Assembly (NCBI GenBank): GCA_043799675.1
Contig: JAZDNN010000016.1
Span: 1-17,329, forward strand
Direction of reading: 5' to 3'
DNA from: Candidatus Aenigmatarchaeota archaeon
Lineage (GTDB): Archaea > Aenigmatarchaeota > Aenigmatarchaeia > Aenigmatarchaeales > JACQIB01
DNA length: 17,329 nucleotides
Notes under the pieces: generated by a model
Seen by the model: only the letters and a program-made list of their open reading frames with translations
Database searches by the model: none
Told to the model about the DNA's origin: nothing
Program-made: the position numbers and the translations under genes
In this document: positions 6,485 through 13,954 of the stretch, piece after piece
Layout of the letters: the number at the start of each line of letters is the position of its first letter
Numbering within the stretch: the first letter of the stretch is position 1

Positions 6485-7273
6485 TCAGTGCCTGTGAAGC
6501 AGCTTGCGCAGTTCCTTCCCCTTGGCTATTGCGAGGTCCGCGGCTGTCAGGAGTTCGGACGTGCTGAACCAGCCCGTGCCGCCCTTCTGCATGGCGCAAA
6601 GATCGCCTGCCTCGGTGGTGGCTATGGTTACCCGTGCATCAGCCTCTTCGTCCTCGTCCATGTTCGGGTCGAGGAACAGCTTGGTGCCCATCTTCCATGT
6701 GGTCACTTCGATAGGCTTGTCGGTTACGGGCAACATCTCCCCCTTGGCATCCCCACGCTCCCTGATTATTGTTTTCTTTTCCATGTCCACCGCCGGGACC
6801 TTGGTATCAAGCAGGGCGGCCATCGCTGCCAGCGAAGCGGCGTCTATCAGGTTGCCGTCATGGTTCAGGATGTGGATGTCGATGTGGACGGTCCATACCA
6901 GCTCTCCGGGAGTGATGCAGAGCTTTGCCATGTCTATGGAGTGGCTCTCACGTATCCCCCTGTCAACCACCCTTGCGAGTTCCACGGCCGCTTCGCTTGG
7001 CGGACCGGGCTCGAAATCAGGGCTTGCCAGCGGAACAAGTTCGGCATCTACCATCAGTGTCCCTTCATTCGGTGAGTCGGGATAGGGTTCGTGCATTTCC
7101 ATCTTCACCCCGGCGACCACCAGCGTGCCGCCCATCTGAACACGGGCGCTGCCTTCAGCGGTCTTTATCACACCGTGCTCCACCTTCACATGGCGGAACT
7201 GCTCGAACTCGCGGCCGTCAGGCCTGTTTCCCTCGCTTATCATCTTTCTCACGTAGCTGTCCTTGTTCTTCAT
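6485..7273 (-). CDS. rrp42: exosome complex component Rrp42
   Basis: RPDGREFEQFR, AEGSARV..G.T.VVAGVK, PYPDSPNEG, FEPGPPSE.AVELARVVDRGIRES, NHDGNLIDA, AMQKGG. ATG 7273 is preferred; TTG 7279 is an alternative. Confidence 0.97.
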   Translation of the reverse strand: MKNKDSYVRKMISEGNRPDGREFEQFRHVKVEHGVIKTAEGSARVQMGGTLVVAGVKMEMHEPYPDSPNEGTLMVDAELVPLASPDFEPGPPSEAAVELARVVDRGIRESHSIDMAKLCITPGELVWTVHIDIHILNHDGNLIDAASLAAMAALLDTKVPAVDMEKKTIIRERGDAKGEMLPVTDKPIEVTTWKMGTKLFLDPNMDEDEEADARVTIATTEAGDLCAMQKGGTGWFSTSELLTAADLAIAKGKELRKLLHRH

Positions 7274-7338
7274 CAGCAAACAACTCCATTATCTTTGTCA
7301 CGTTTGCGGGATGCCGCAACAACTTCGTTGTTGCTCAT
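7273..7338 (-). CDS. candidate 21-aa bridging mini-ORF (MSNNEVVAASRKRDKDNGVVC)
   Basis: ATG overlaps the rrp41 stop (ATGA), TGA overlaps the rrp42 ATG (TGATG), and AGGAGGGA lies at 7344-7351. Confidence 0.4.
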   Translation of the reverse strand: MSNNEVVAASRKRDKDNGVVC

Positions 7339-8087
7339 TGCAATCCCTCCTCTTCCGGCGCGGAGACATACCTGTTCAGGAGCGCCTCCTTCTGTTTCTC
7401 GTGCACCTTGACTATCCCTTCGCGGGCAAGGTGAAGGATCTCTTCGAACTCCTTCCTGGTGACCACACCGTCCATCTGCAGCAGGACGAACCTGTCAGTG
7501 GTACCTATGGTCGCCACGGCGGTGTCCACGTCGCCGAAGTTGTCCTCGAGGCCGCCGACGTCCAGCACTATCTGGCCGTCAACCTTCCCGACGCTCACCG
7601 AGCTTATCAGGTGCTTCATCGGGATGCCTGCTTCCGCCAAGGCCATCGATGCGGCATTCACGGCCGCTATCCTCGTGCTCGCGTCCGCCTGGAGTATCTC
7701 CATGAACACGTCTATCGCGGTCTTGGGGAACTCGTCCAGCTGGAGGACGCTCGTGAGGGCCTCCTTGAGGACCTTGCCTATCTCCGTGGAGCGCCTGTTG
7801 TTTCCGGGCCTGCTCCGTTCCCAGGTGGCGAACGGTGCCATGAAGTACTTCGTCCTCAGGGTCGCCCTTACCGGGTCCTGCAATCCTTTCGGATGCATCT
7901 CATGCGGGCCGTAGACCGCAGTCAATGCCCACGTGTCCCCGAAGCGGAACACTGCCGAGCCAGGAGCGCGGCTGATTGCCCCCACCTCTGCGGTGATCGG
8001 CCTGAATTCCTTGAATCCGCGGCCGTCGAGCCTCTTGCCGTCGATTATCAGTTTTTCCGGTGCTCCCGCCTTTCCTTTTCCGCTCAT
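7335..8087 (-). CDS. rrp41: exosome complex exonuclease Rrp41
   Basis: RLDGRG..EFRPI, GSA....G.T...AVYGP.E.HPK, Y.MAPFAT.ER.RPG..RRSTEI, LQADASTR, catalytic-region EDNFGDVD and LLQMDG. Confidence 0.97.
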   Translation of the reverse strand: MSGKGKAGAPEKLIIDGKRLDGRGFKEFRPITAEVGAISRAPGSAVFRFGDTWALTAVYGPHEMHPKGLQDPVRATLRTKYFMAPFATWERSRPGNNRRSTEIGKVLKEALTSVLQLDEFPKTAIDVFMEILQADASTRIAAVNAASMALAEAGIPMKHLISSVSVGKVDGQIVLDVGGLEDNFGDVDTAVATIGTTDRFVLLQMDGVVTRKEFEEILHLAREGIVKVHEKQKEALLNRYVSAPEEEGLQ

Positions 8088-8852
8088 TTACATCTCCCTC
8101 CTTGGGCTGCTCTCGTAGCCTTCCTTCTGTTCGGACGGAAGCTCCGGTACGGTCTTGCCTTCCATCTCCTTGTCGAGGAAGCGGGTAATGCGGTCGGTGA
8201 GCCCCTCTATGTGCGCTTCCTGCTCTATCAGGAGGATGGCCTTTGCCGCGACCCCTTCGTGCTGTCCCCGCAGCCAGATCACGCCGTTCTGGCCGACGGT
8301 TATCTGGCAGCCGGTCTTGATTTTTATCAGCTCGACCATGCTGCCTTCCTTCCCTATTACGCGCGGGACCTTGTGCGGTGTTATCCTTACCAGCCTGCCG
8401 CCGATGAGCTTCTTTGCCCTGTAGTCGTTCATGGTCATCGAGACGTTCTTGGTCCTGCTGACGGCGAGTATCTTCGCGTAGATCACGTCGCCGATGTCGT
8501 AGTACACGCTGATGTCGGTCTTTGATGTGTCCACGAACTCCGGCACCGCCTCGCTGATGTTCAGCAGCGAATCGTACGGGCTGTTCAGTTCGCAAATCCA
8601 GAACGTTGTCGACATGTCGCTGACGGTAGCAATCACGCCGTCGCCCGGTCGCGGTATGTATGCGCCGGCCAGCGGCACCACGGATACCATCCTGTCCTTT
8701 ATCCTCACGAGCCCGAGCACCTTGCTCCGCAGCTCGCTGCCGACCCTGTAGCAACCCTGTCCGGGAAGCCATTCGAGTCCCCGGGACAGCATGTCGCCCG
8801 GGACCACTACGGTCCGTTCCTGCGCGAGCAGTTCGGACTTCACTTCATTCAT
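8088..8852 (-). CDS. rrp4: exosome complex RNA-binding protein Rrp4
   Basis: VVVPGD N-terminus, PLAGAYIPRPGD S1 domain, KVPRVIGKEGSM...ITVGQNGVIW KH domain, EAHIEGLTDRI. Its TAA abuts the rrp41 ATG. Confidence 0.97.
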   Translation of the reverse strand: MNEVKSELLAQERTVVVPGDMLSRGLEWLPGQGCYRVGSELRSKVLGLVRIKDRMVSVVPLAGAYIPRPGDGVIATVSDMSTTFWICELNSPYDSLLNISEAVPEFVDTSKTDISVYYDIGDVIYAKILAVSRTKNVSMTMNDYRAKKLIGGRLVRITPHKVPRVIGKEGSMVELIKIKTGCQITVGQNGVIWLRGQHEGVAAKAILLIEQEAHIEGLTDRITRFLDKEMEGKTVPELPSEQKEGYESSPRREM

Positions 8853-8989
8853 CAAACCACTCTCCTTTTATCATTCTGATTTTTCTTCCCAATGAAACGG
8901 GCAAATATGATTTTTTCCTCGTCATATTCCTGTGACGGAGCAATATGATTCATGCGTATTGGCTGCTGCAATATCATGACTGCTGCCAT
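8852..8989 (-). CDS. candidate 45-aa bridging mini-ORF (MAAVMILQQPIRMNHIAPSQEYDEEKIIFARFIGKKNQNDKRRVV)
   Basis: ATG is 1 nt after the SBDS TGA, with AGGAGGGA at 8995-9002. The frame is stop-free across the AT-rich spacer and ends in a TGATG overlap with the rrp4 ATG. Confidence 0.45.
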   Translation of the reverse strand: MAAVMILQQPIRMNHIAPSQEYDEEKIIFARFIGKKNQNDKRRVV

Positions 8990-8990
8990 A

Positions 8991-9695
8991 TCATTCCCTC
9001 CTGACCAGCTTGATGGTTGCCGAACCGCGCGTCAGCGAATTCATCTTGTCGGACAGCTCGGATTGCAATCCTGCAGGTATCTCAAGGACAGCCATGTAGC
9101 TCCCGTCGCCGCCCCATTCCTCCCTGCTCGGCGTGCCGAAGTTCCTCACTATACCGGAAGCCCTTGCGGCAAATTCCGTCGGAATCTTTATCGCAACGGT
9201 GGCCCTCTCGAAGCGGATGGGGATTATCGGCTGTATGGCCTTCAGTACGGCATCGATCTGTTCCTCGGCCCTTTTTTCTATGTCTATCCTCACCTTGGCC
9301 TGCTCGATGGCCCTCAGCACCCTGTCCGGCGGATGCGGGGCGCCGCTCCTCGGGTCAACGCCCTGCCTGCTTATCAGCGCGGCCACGGCCTTGGTCTTTT
9401 CGTCGAGCATGTGCTTCCTCTGCTCGGCCGTCAGTTGCACTTCGCCTTCCTTTATTATCCGCGTGGCGATCAGCTTGACGTCCGTGGTACCAAACGTCTT
9501 TCCGAGCTCCTCTCCCGACGGCCTCGACCCCTTATGCGCGTCCTCGAACACCTCGGGTGCGGCAAGAACATCATCTATTACGAGCTCCTTTCCGGTGCGG
9601 ACAGCCAAGGCGGCCACCGGGTCCACCAGAACCTCGAACTTCTTTCCCGCCTTCGTCAGCCTTGCAAGAACCGCCTTATCGACTGATATTGACAT
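8991..9695 (-). CDS. sdo1: ribosome maturation factor SBDS/Sdo1
   Basis: ISVDKAVLARL...GKKFEVLVDP, VFEDAHKG, FGTTD, GEVQLTAEQR, DPRSGAPHPPDR, PIRFE and IPAGLQ; SD GAGGTG at 9706-9711. Confidence 0.97.
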   Translation of the reverse strand: MSISVDKAVLARLTKAGKKFEVLVDPVAALAVRTGKELVIDDVLAAPEVFEDAHKGSRPSGEELGKTFGTTDVKLIATRIIKEGEVQLTAEQRKHMLDEKTKAVAALISRQGVDPRSGAPHPPDRVLRAIEQAKVRIDIEKRAEEQIDAVLKAIQPIIPIRFERATVAIKIPTEFAARASGIVRNFGTPSREEWGGDGSYMAVLEIPAGLQSELSDKMNSLTRGSATIKLVRRE

Positions 9696-9726
9696 TTGTA
9701 ATTCGCACCTCGCGTAACAGAGTTGT

Positions 9727-9739
9727 AATAAAATTTTTG
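9727..9739 (-). promoter_or_regulatory. internal BRE-TATA candidate for SBDS-rrp4-rrp41-rrp42
   Basis: CAAAAATTTTATT on the minus strand in the psmA-SBDS spacer. Confidence 0.4.
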
Positions 9740-9764
9740 AATATTATGTTCGCTGTCATGTCAT

Positions 9765-10478
9765 TCACCAGTACTTCTTGATGAACCTCTGGCCCTCGTC
9801 ACCCACCCACTTGGTGAACTTGTTTTCGGTCGCGATTGCCAGTTCCATTTCCACCGGTTTGACCCCTTTCTCGGCCGCCTTGAGGGCCTCTATCGCCAGC
9901 TTTATCGCCGAGTCCTGGTCCATCCCTTCCTTCCAGCTCTTCCTGAGTATCTTCAACGCTTCAGCCGAGCCCTTCCCTATCGCCTGCGCTTTCCAGGCAT
10001 AGTAGGCGGAGCTCGGGTCGATCTCGTACAGCTGCGGCCCCTTCTCGTCGACGCCGCCGATAAGCAAAGCGACCCCGAACGGCCGGACCCCTCCGAACTG
10101 CGTGTAGAGTTGCATCCGGTCCGAGACCTCTTTTACGGCTCCGAGGACATGGAGCGGCTCATCGTAGGTGAGCTTGTACACCTGCGCCTTCATCCGTGCG
10201 ATGTCAATGAGCACTCTTCCGTCAGCAAGGAAGCCGCTGATGGCGGTTCCGAGGTTGTCATCCAGTTGGTGGACCTTGTCCGAGCCGCCGTTGGGAATCG
10301 AGAGTTCCGGCAGCGGTCGCATCGCTGCGAAAACGACACCGTCCTTGAACATCAATGCAAGCGAAGTGGTCCCTCTCTTGACGGCTTCCCTGGCATATTC
10401 GACCTGGAACAGCCTTCCGTCAGGCGAGAACGTCACAATCGCACGGTCGTATCCCATGAACTCAGGCATCGCTTCCAT
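9765..10478 (-). CDS. psmA: proteasome subunit alpha
   Basis: GYDRAIVTFSPDGRLFQVEYAREAVKRGTT, YTQFGGVRPFGVALLIGGVD, DPS and KAQAIG. Confidence 0.98.
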   Translation of the reverse strand: MEAMPEFMGYDRAIVTFSPDGRLFQVEYAREAVKRGTTSLALMFKDGVVFAAMRPLPELSIPNGGSDKVHQLDDNLGTAISGFLADGRVLIDIARMKAQVYKLTYDEPLHVLGAVKEVSDRMQLYTQFGGVRPFGVALLIGGVDEKGPQLYEIDPSSAYYAWKAQAIGKGSAEALKILRKSWKEGMDQDSAIKLAIEALKAAEKGVKPVEMELAIATENKFTKWVGDEGQRFIKKYW

Positions 10479-10529
10479 TCAAACACCAGATTTAATGACA
10501 ATCAGTTGGTGGCTATATGATTGGAGAGG

Positions 10530-10538
10530 TTTATAAAT
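10530..10538 (-). promoter_or_regulatory. TATA box for psmA
   Basis: ATTTATAAA on the minus strand, ~50 nt upstream of the psmA ATG. Confidence 0.55.
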
Positions 10539-10618
10539 ATGTCAGCACGACGGGTCGTCAAGCAAGATGCCCGAAATACGGTCTGGACGGCTCAAAAAAT
10601 TGACGTGATGAAAAACGT

Positions 10619-11296
10619 TTACGATTGTTTCCATTTTTTCAACGATTCTTTGGTATATGTGCACAAATGAGCTTCGAGCAAATGCAGTTCGCCGTATTTT
10701 TTTACATCCTCCTCATCAATGTGTTCAGCGAGCGCAGTGCCGCTCAATACTAGGTTATTTACCAACATGCAATGGTCGCCTTCAAAGACCGCCATCATCG
10801 AGCCGGGCAGGGAGCCGACCGCGCATGTATCGTTGCCACTGAGCAGGAATTCGGACAATACTTCGGAAGTTTCGTTCCTTATTTCGGCAGGCTTCAGCTT
10901 CTTGAACGGCGATTCGCCGCGCGGATCGCGATGTTCCTCGGATACGTTCACCATCAGGTACGGAGACCCTCCTTTTGGCATTTTCAAATCGACATCGTCC
11001 CCTTTCAGATTGTAGAACTTCACTTGACCGATACGATGGATTGCCCTGTCTACCATTATGTTGCTGCCTTCCAATTCGATGCAGAGCGATGTTGGCAGGA
11101 ATTTCTTCTTTTCGTCTTCAAACCCGTAGGCGTGTATAGAACGGAGCTTCCTCTCTTTCAGGCCATATTGTCCCGCATAATCGCGGCAGCGTGGAATGGA
11201 CATCCCTGTGCCGAAACGGTCCCAAGAATAGGGGTGCCACCATGCCTCGCGGCTTACTTCTTTCAAGGAAGGCAGAGATGGAATATAATCAGGCAC
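10619..11296 (-). CDS. hypothetical protein (225 aa) inserted between rnp2 and psmA
   Basis: Co-oriented ORF filling the gap, GTG start preceded by GAGGA; no family recognised. Confidence 0.75.
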   Translation of the reverse strand: MPDYIPSLPSLKEVSREAWWHPYSWDRFGTGMSIPRCRDYAGQYGLKERKLRSIHAYGFEDEKKKFLPTSLCIELEGSNIMVDRAIHRIGQVKFYNLKGDDVDLKMPKGGSPYLMVNVSEEHRDPRGESPFKKLKPAEIRNETSEVLSEFLLSGNDTCAVGSLPGSMMAVFEGDHCMLVNNLVLSGTALAEHIDEEDVKKYGELHLLEAHLCTYTKESLKKWKQS

Positions 11297-11361
11297 AAGA
11301 GCATCGCATCCTCAATGATTTTATGACTTATGGACTTCCAATCCAGACGCATGAAAATGGC

Positions 11362-11715
11362 TTACTTCACGAACGCCGTCAGGTCCCTTTCGCCGAAATA
11401 TTTGTGCTGGGCGGCCCCGACGGTGCCTGATACGCCAAGCACGCGCACGCAGACCGGCACATCATTTATCCTGATCATCAGCGCCAGGGCGGTCCTGACC
11501 TTCTCGATGTAACTGTTGCCGCAGCGCACCAGGCCCTGCTGCTTCTCGTCGTCCCAGACGCCGCGGACCGGCCAGGCTTCGGCCTCGGCGGTTCCCAATT
11601 CGCCCAGGAAATTGAGAAGTGCCTGCCAGACGGCGTTATGAATATCTCCCTGCTGGAGCTTCGCTTGCGAGAGTATCTGGAACGCTATGTACCGTCTTTG
11701 CTCCTTTTCAGCCAT
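11362..11715 (-). CDS. rnp2: RNase P protein component 2 (Pop5/Rpp14)
   Basis: RRYIAFQI...WQALLNFLGELG...GLVRC....EKVRTALAL...VLGVSGT; AGGAG SD upstream. Confidence 0.95.
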   Translation of the reverse strand: MAEKEQRRYIAFQILSQAKLQQGDIHNAVWQALLNFLGELGTAEAEAWPVRGVWDDEKQQGLVRCGNSYIEKVRTALALMIRINDVPVCVRVLGVSGTVGAAQHKYFGERDLTAFVK

Positions 11716-11753
11716 GTTTATTTTTCTCCTGCCCCGAGGGAACCCAGGTTCCC

Positions 11754-12455
11754 TTATGGGTTTATTCCTCCTTGAGTTGGCTTCGCAATATCATGTTTCC
11801 TCTCGATAATGTGCAGCGGGTTGTCGCTCATCGCCGCGAACGCGTTGGGCAGCTCCATACCGAGGATGTTTGCAAGACCTATCAACTCCCGCGGGTCCCG
11901 CATCTCCCAGACGGAAGTCGCGCCGGAGACCAGGACCAGCTGCGCGCGTGCAGCCTGCGCGGAACGGACGACATCGGCCAGCCGGACCAGCAGGTTCGCG
12001 CGCTGCTTCCTGAAGGTAACAAGGACGTTCCTGAAGCAAATTCCTATGGCAACGCCGTTCCTTGCGGCCGCCTCATAGCACGAATAGTCAAGACCGCCGT
12101 CAGGCCGTTCAAGGTTCGGCAGCAGCATATCGACCCTCGGGTCGTTGCATGCCGCCAGATTCGTTGCCGGGTCGGTGCCGGAAACGATAATCATGTTCGC
12201 TTCCGGTTTCGCTTTTTCGAGCGCCTCAATCAGCTCCGATGCGTTCTTCGGCTGCAGTTCCGCTCCGGTGAAAATCTCAAGCTCAGCCGTCTCAATCCCA
12301 GCGGCGACCTTCTTCAGGCTATCCAGGCTTCCGGCGCCGCGCCACTGCTCGATTGCAACTATTCCCGAATAGCCCAGATATGCGGCTTGCTTCGCTAGGA
12401 CGCTCAACGGGGACGTTCCGGCGCTTTCGCGCACGCAGATGTCATAGAACTGCAT
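11754..12455 (-). CDS. rnp3: RNase P protein component 3 (Rpp30)
   Basis: PHP-like: FYD...A..LGYSGI, V.G.D...N.AAC.DPRVDML, AARNGVAIGI and SGATSVWEMRDPREL; conserved position. Confidence 0.95.
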   Translation of the reverse strand: MQFYDICVRESAGTSPLSVLAKQAAYLGYSGIVAIEQWRGAGSLDSLKKVAAGIETAELEIFTGAELQPKNASELIEALEKAKPEANMIIVSGTDPATNLAACNDPRVDMLLPNLERPDGGLDYSCYEAAARNGVAIGICFRNVLVTFRKQRANLLVRLADVVRSAQAARAQLVLVSGATSVWEMRDPRELIGLANILGMELPNAFAAMSDNPLHIIERKHDIAKPTQGGINP

Positions 12456-12572
12456 TTGTTATCACAGAGCACCCGTGCCGTCTTGCCCTTGGCAGGAGGC
12501 GACACAGATTCTGTAAAATATATGTTTCAGGCGGTTAAAAAGGTCCTACGGTTTGAACGGCGATGGTCGAAC

Positions 12573-13127
12573 TCAGCGTTTCTGCGGGTCGTTCCTTCTC
12601 TCGAAACCTTTGCCATGGAACCGCAACCCTCTGTGTGCTTTGCCGGCGCTCGTCAAGCCACGGAAGACCCTTCCCCTGTTCGCGGGGTTGCAGACCCATT
12701 TGGTCGTCCTGTCGGATTTGATTGCGGGGTGATTCGGGTCGACAAGGATAACTTCGAACCACTGGTCGCGACCATCCTCGGCTACATAGTAACTGTTAAT
12801 GACTTCAAGGTTCGGGAAGGCCTTTCCCACCCTCATTTCGGCGATGTGCTGGAGGTTCTGGTCGGGCGGCATGGCATACTGACCGAATGCCGGCTTCCTT
12901 CCTCCTGACGGGACCTCTCTTTTGCTGGTTCCCTTGCCTATGTGGACCCTTGCCAGGACGAAACCCTGCTTGGCCTTGTAACCCAGCGCATGGGCCCTGT
13001 CAAGCCTGGACGGATGTTCAATCCGTAGAATCGACGGCTCCTTCCTCCAGTCTATCATGCGCTGTCTTAGAATCTCCTTCATTTCCGGCGACTGCCATGA
13101 TTGCTGAAGATACTTGTACATTCCCAT
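12573..13127 (-). CDS. rpl15e: 50S ribosomal protein L15e (eL15), 184 aa
   Basis: MGMYKY, RIEHPSRLDRAHALGYKAKQG, FPNLEVINSYYVAEDG...WFEVILVDPNHPAI and RGRVFRGLTSAG. SD GTGAGG at 13136-13141 gives start 13127. Confidence 0.98.
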   Translation of the reverse strand: MGMYKYLQQSWQSPEMKEILRQRMIDWRKEPSILRIEHPSRLDRAHALGYKAKQGFVLARVHIGKGTSKREVPSGGRKPAFGQYAMPPDQNLQHIAEMRVGKAFPNLEVINSYYVAEDGRDQWFEVILVDPNHPAIKSDRTTKWVCNPANRGRVFRGLTSAGKAHRGLRFHGKGFERRNDPQKR

Positions 13128-13196
13128 TTGGATTGCCTCACATTGACCTCTTATTGGGCGGCAGAGCCGCCGGCTTTGACGGTCTTCGAGTCCAGT
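13128..13196 (-). promoter_or_regulatory. structured 5' leader of rpl15e (candidate r-protein leader)
   Basis: ~70-nt UTR implied by TATA at 13219-13227; GGCGGC-UCU-GCCGCC hairpin enclosed by GACC/GGUC pairing. Confidence 0.35.
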
Positions 13197-13218
13197 GATG
13201 GAATAAACTTCCACACAT

Positions 13219-13227
13219 CTTATAAAG
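13219..13227. promoter_or_regulatory. bidirectional TATA box (rpl15e operon / DUF218 gene)
   Basis: CTTATAAAG is ~22 nt before ATG 13249 on + and reads CTTTATAAG on -. Confidence 0.55.
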
Positions 13228-13248
13228 CTTGGCTTGCTGCCTGTCTGA

Positions 13249-13890
13249 ATGACATTCGATTCGATAATCGTGGCATCCAACACGCTCACGCCTGACAGGC
13301 GGCTCAGTGAGGAGTGCAGGATGAGGGTGGACAAGGGCATAGAACTTTATCGCAGAAGGGAGGCTCCGCTGATAATCATGAACGGCGGCCCGGGAAAGTT
13401 CACCGAAGGAGGTTTCGTTCCCCGATGGACACGGCCGGTGCAGTGCGACGTGATGAAGGAGTATGCGGTCGGGAGGGGCGTACCTTTCGAACGAATACGG
13501 ATACAGGACTACTCCAGCGACACGGTCGGGGAGGCTTACTTTTCGAAGGAGATGCTGCTCGTCCCGATGGGTCTCAGGAACAACATCTACGTCTCAAGCA
13601 ACTACCACCTGCCGCGATGCAAGGTGATTTACGACCACATCTTGGGTGACGGTTTCAATACCGCATTCAAGGGTGTGCACATCTGGGGGGAGCATGTCAG
13701 CAAGGCCGAAGTGCAGGCAACGGTTGACTTTGAGAAGAAGGCCTTGGCGATGTTCAGGGAGCAGTTCGGGGACACGCCAAGAGGGGACTCGGCGGCAATA
13801 GAAGAGGCTCTTTACACGCGCCACGGAATTTATTCCAATATATCCGAAGAGCAACGGCTGAGGTTCCATCCGCCGAAGAAGACGGCCTGA
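13249..13890 (+). CDS. YdcF/DUF218 (SanA/ElyC-like) family protein
   Basis: RVDKGIELY.....LIIMNGG, MKEYAVGRGVP..RI....S.DT..EA and VSSNYHLPR motifs. Confidence 0.9.
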   Translation: MTFDSIIVASNTLTPDRRLSEECRMRVDKGIELYRRREAPLIIMNGGPGKFTEGGFVPRWTRPVQCDVMKEYAVGRGVPFERIRIQDYSSDTVGEAYFSKEMLLVPMGLRNNIYVSSNYHLPRCKVIYDHILGDGFNTAFKGVHIWGEHVSKAEVQATVDFEKKALAMFREQFGDTPRGDSAAIEEALYTRHGIYSNISEEQRLRFHPPKKTA

Positions 13891-13954
13891 ATGATTTTTG
13901 CACCGTTCATTGCGTACAAGTAGGGCTTTTATTCGGGTGCTGCAATCCTTTCCC

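Noticed and set aside
7263..8525. 420-aa plus-strand ORF, and the 290-aa minus-strand alternate frame 7900..8772
   Set aside because: Shadow frames of the GC3-rich rrp41/rrp4 genes with no recognisable motifs.
8856..8990. Possible C/D-box sRNA (several ATGA words)
   Set aside because: No proper RUGAUGA plus CUGA arrangement on either strand.
8952..9717. Plus-strand ORFs of 244, 153 and 194 aa
   Set aside because: Antisense to SBDS.
11619..12398. 259-aa plus-strand ORF
   Set aside because: Antisense to rnp3/rnp2.
13128..13340. 71-aa N-terminal extension of L15e in the ORF track
   Set aside because: Runs through the promoter and into the divergent DUF218 gene; the canonical MGMYKY start with an SD is at 13127.
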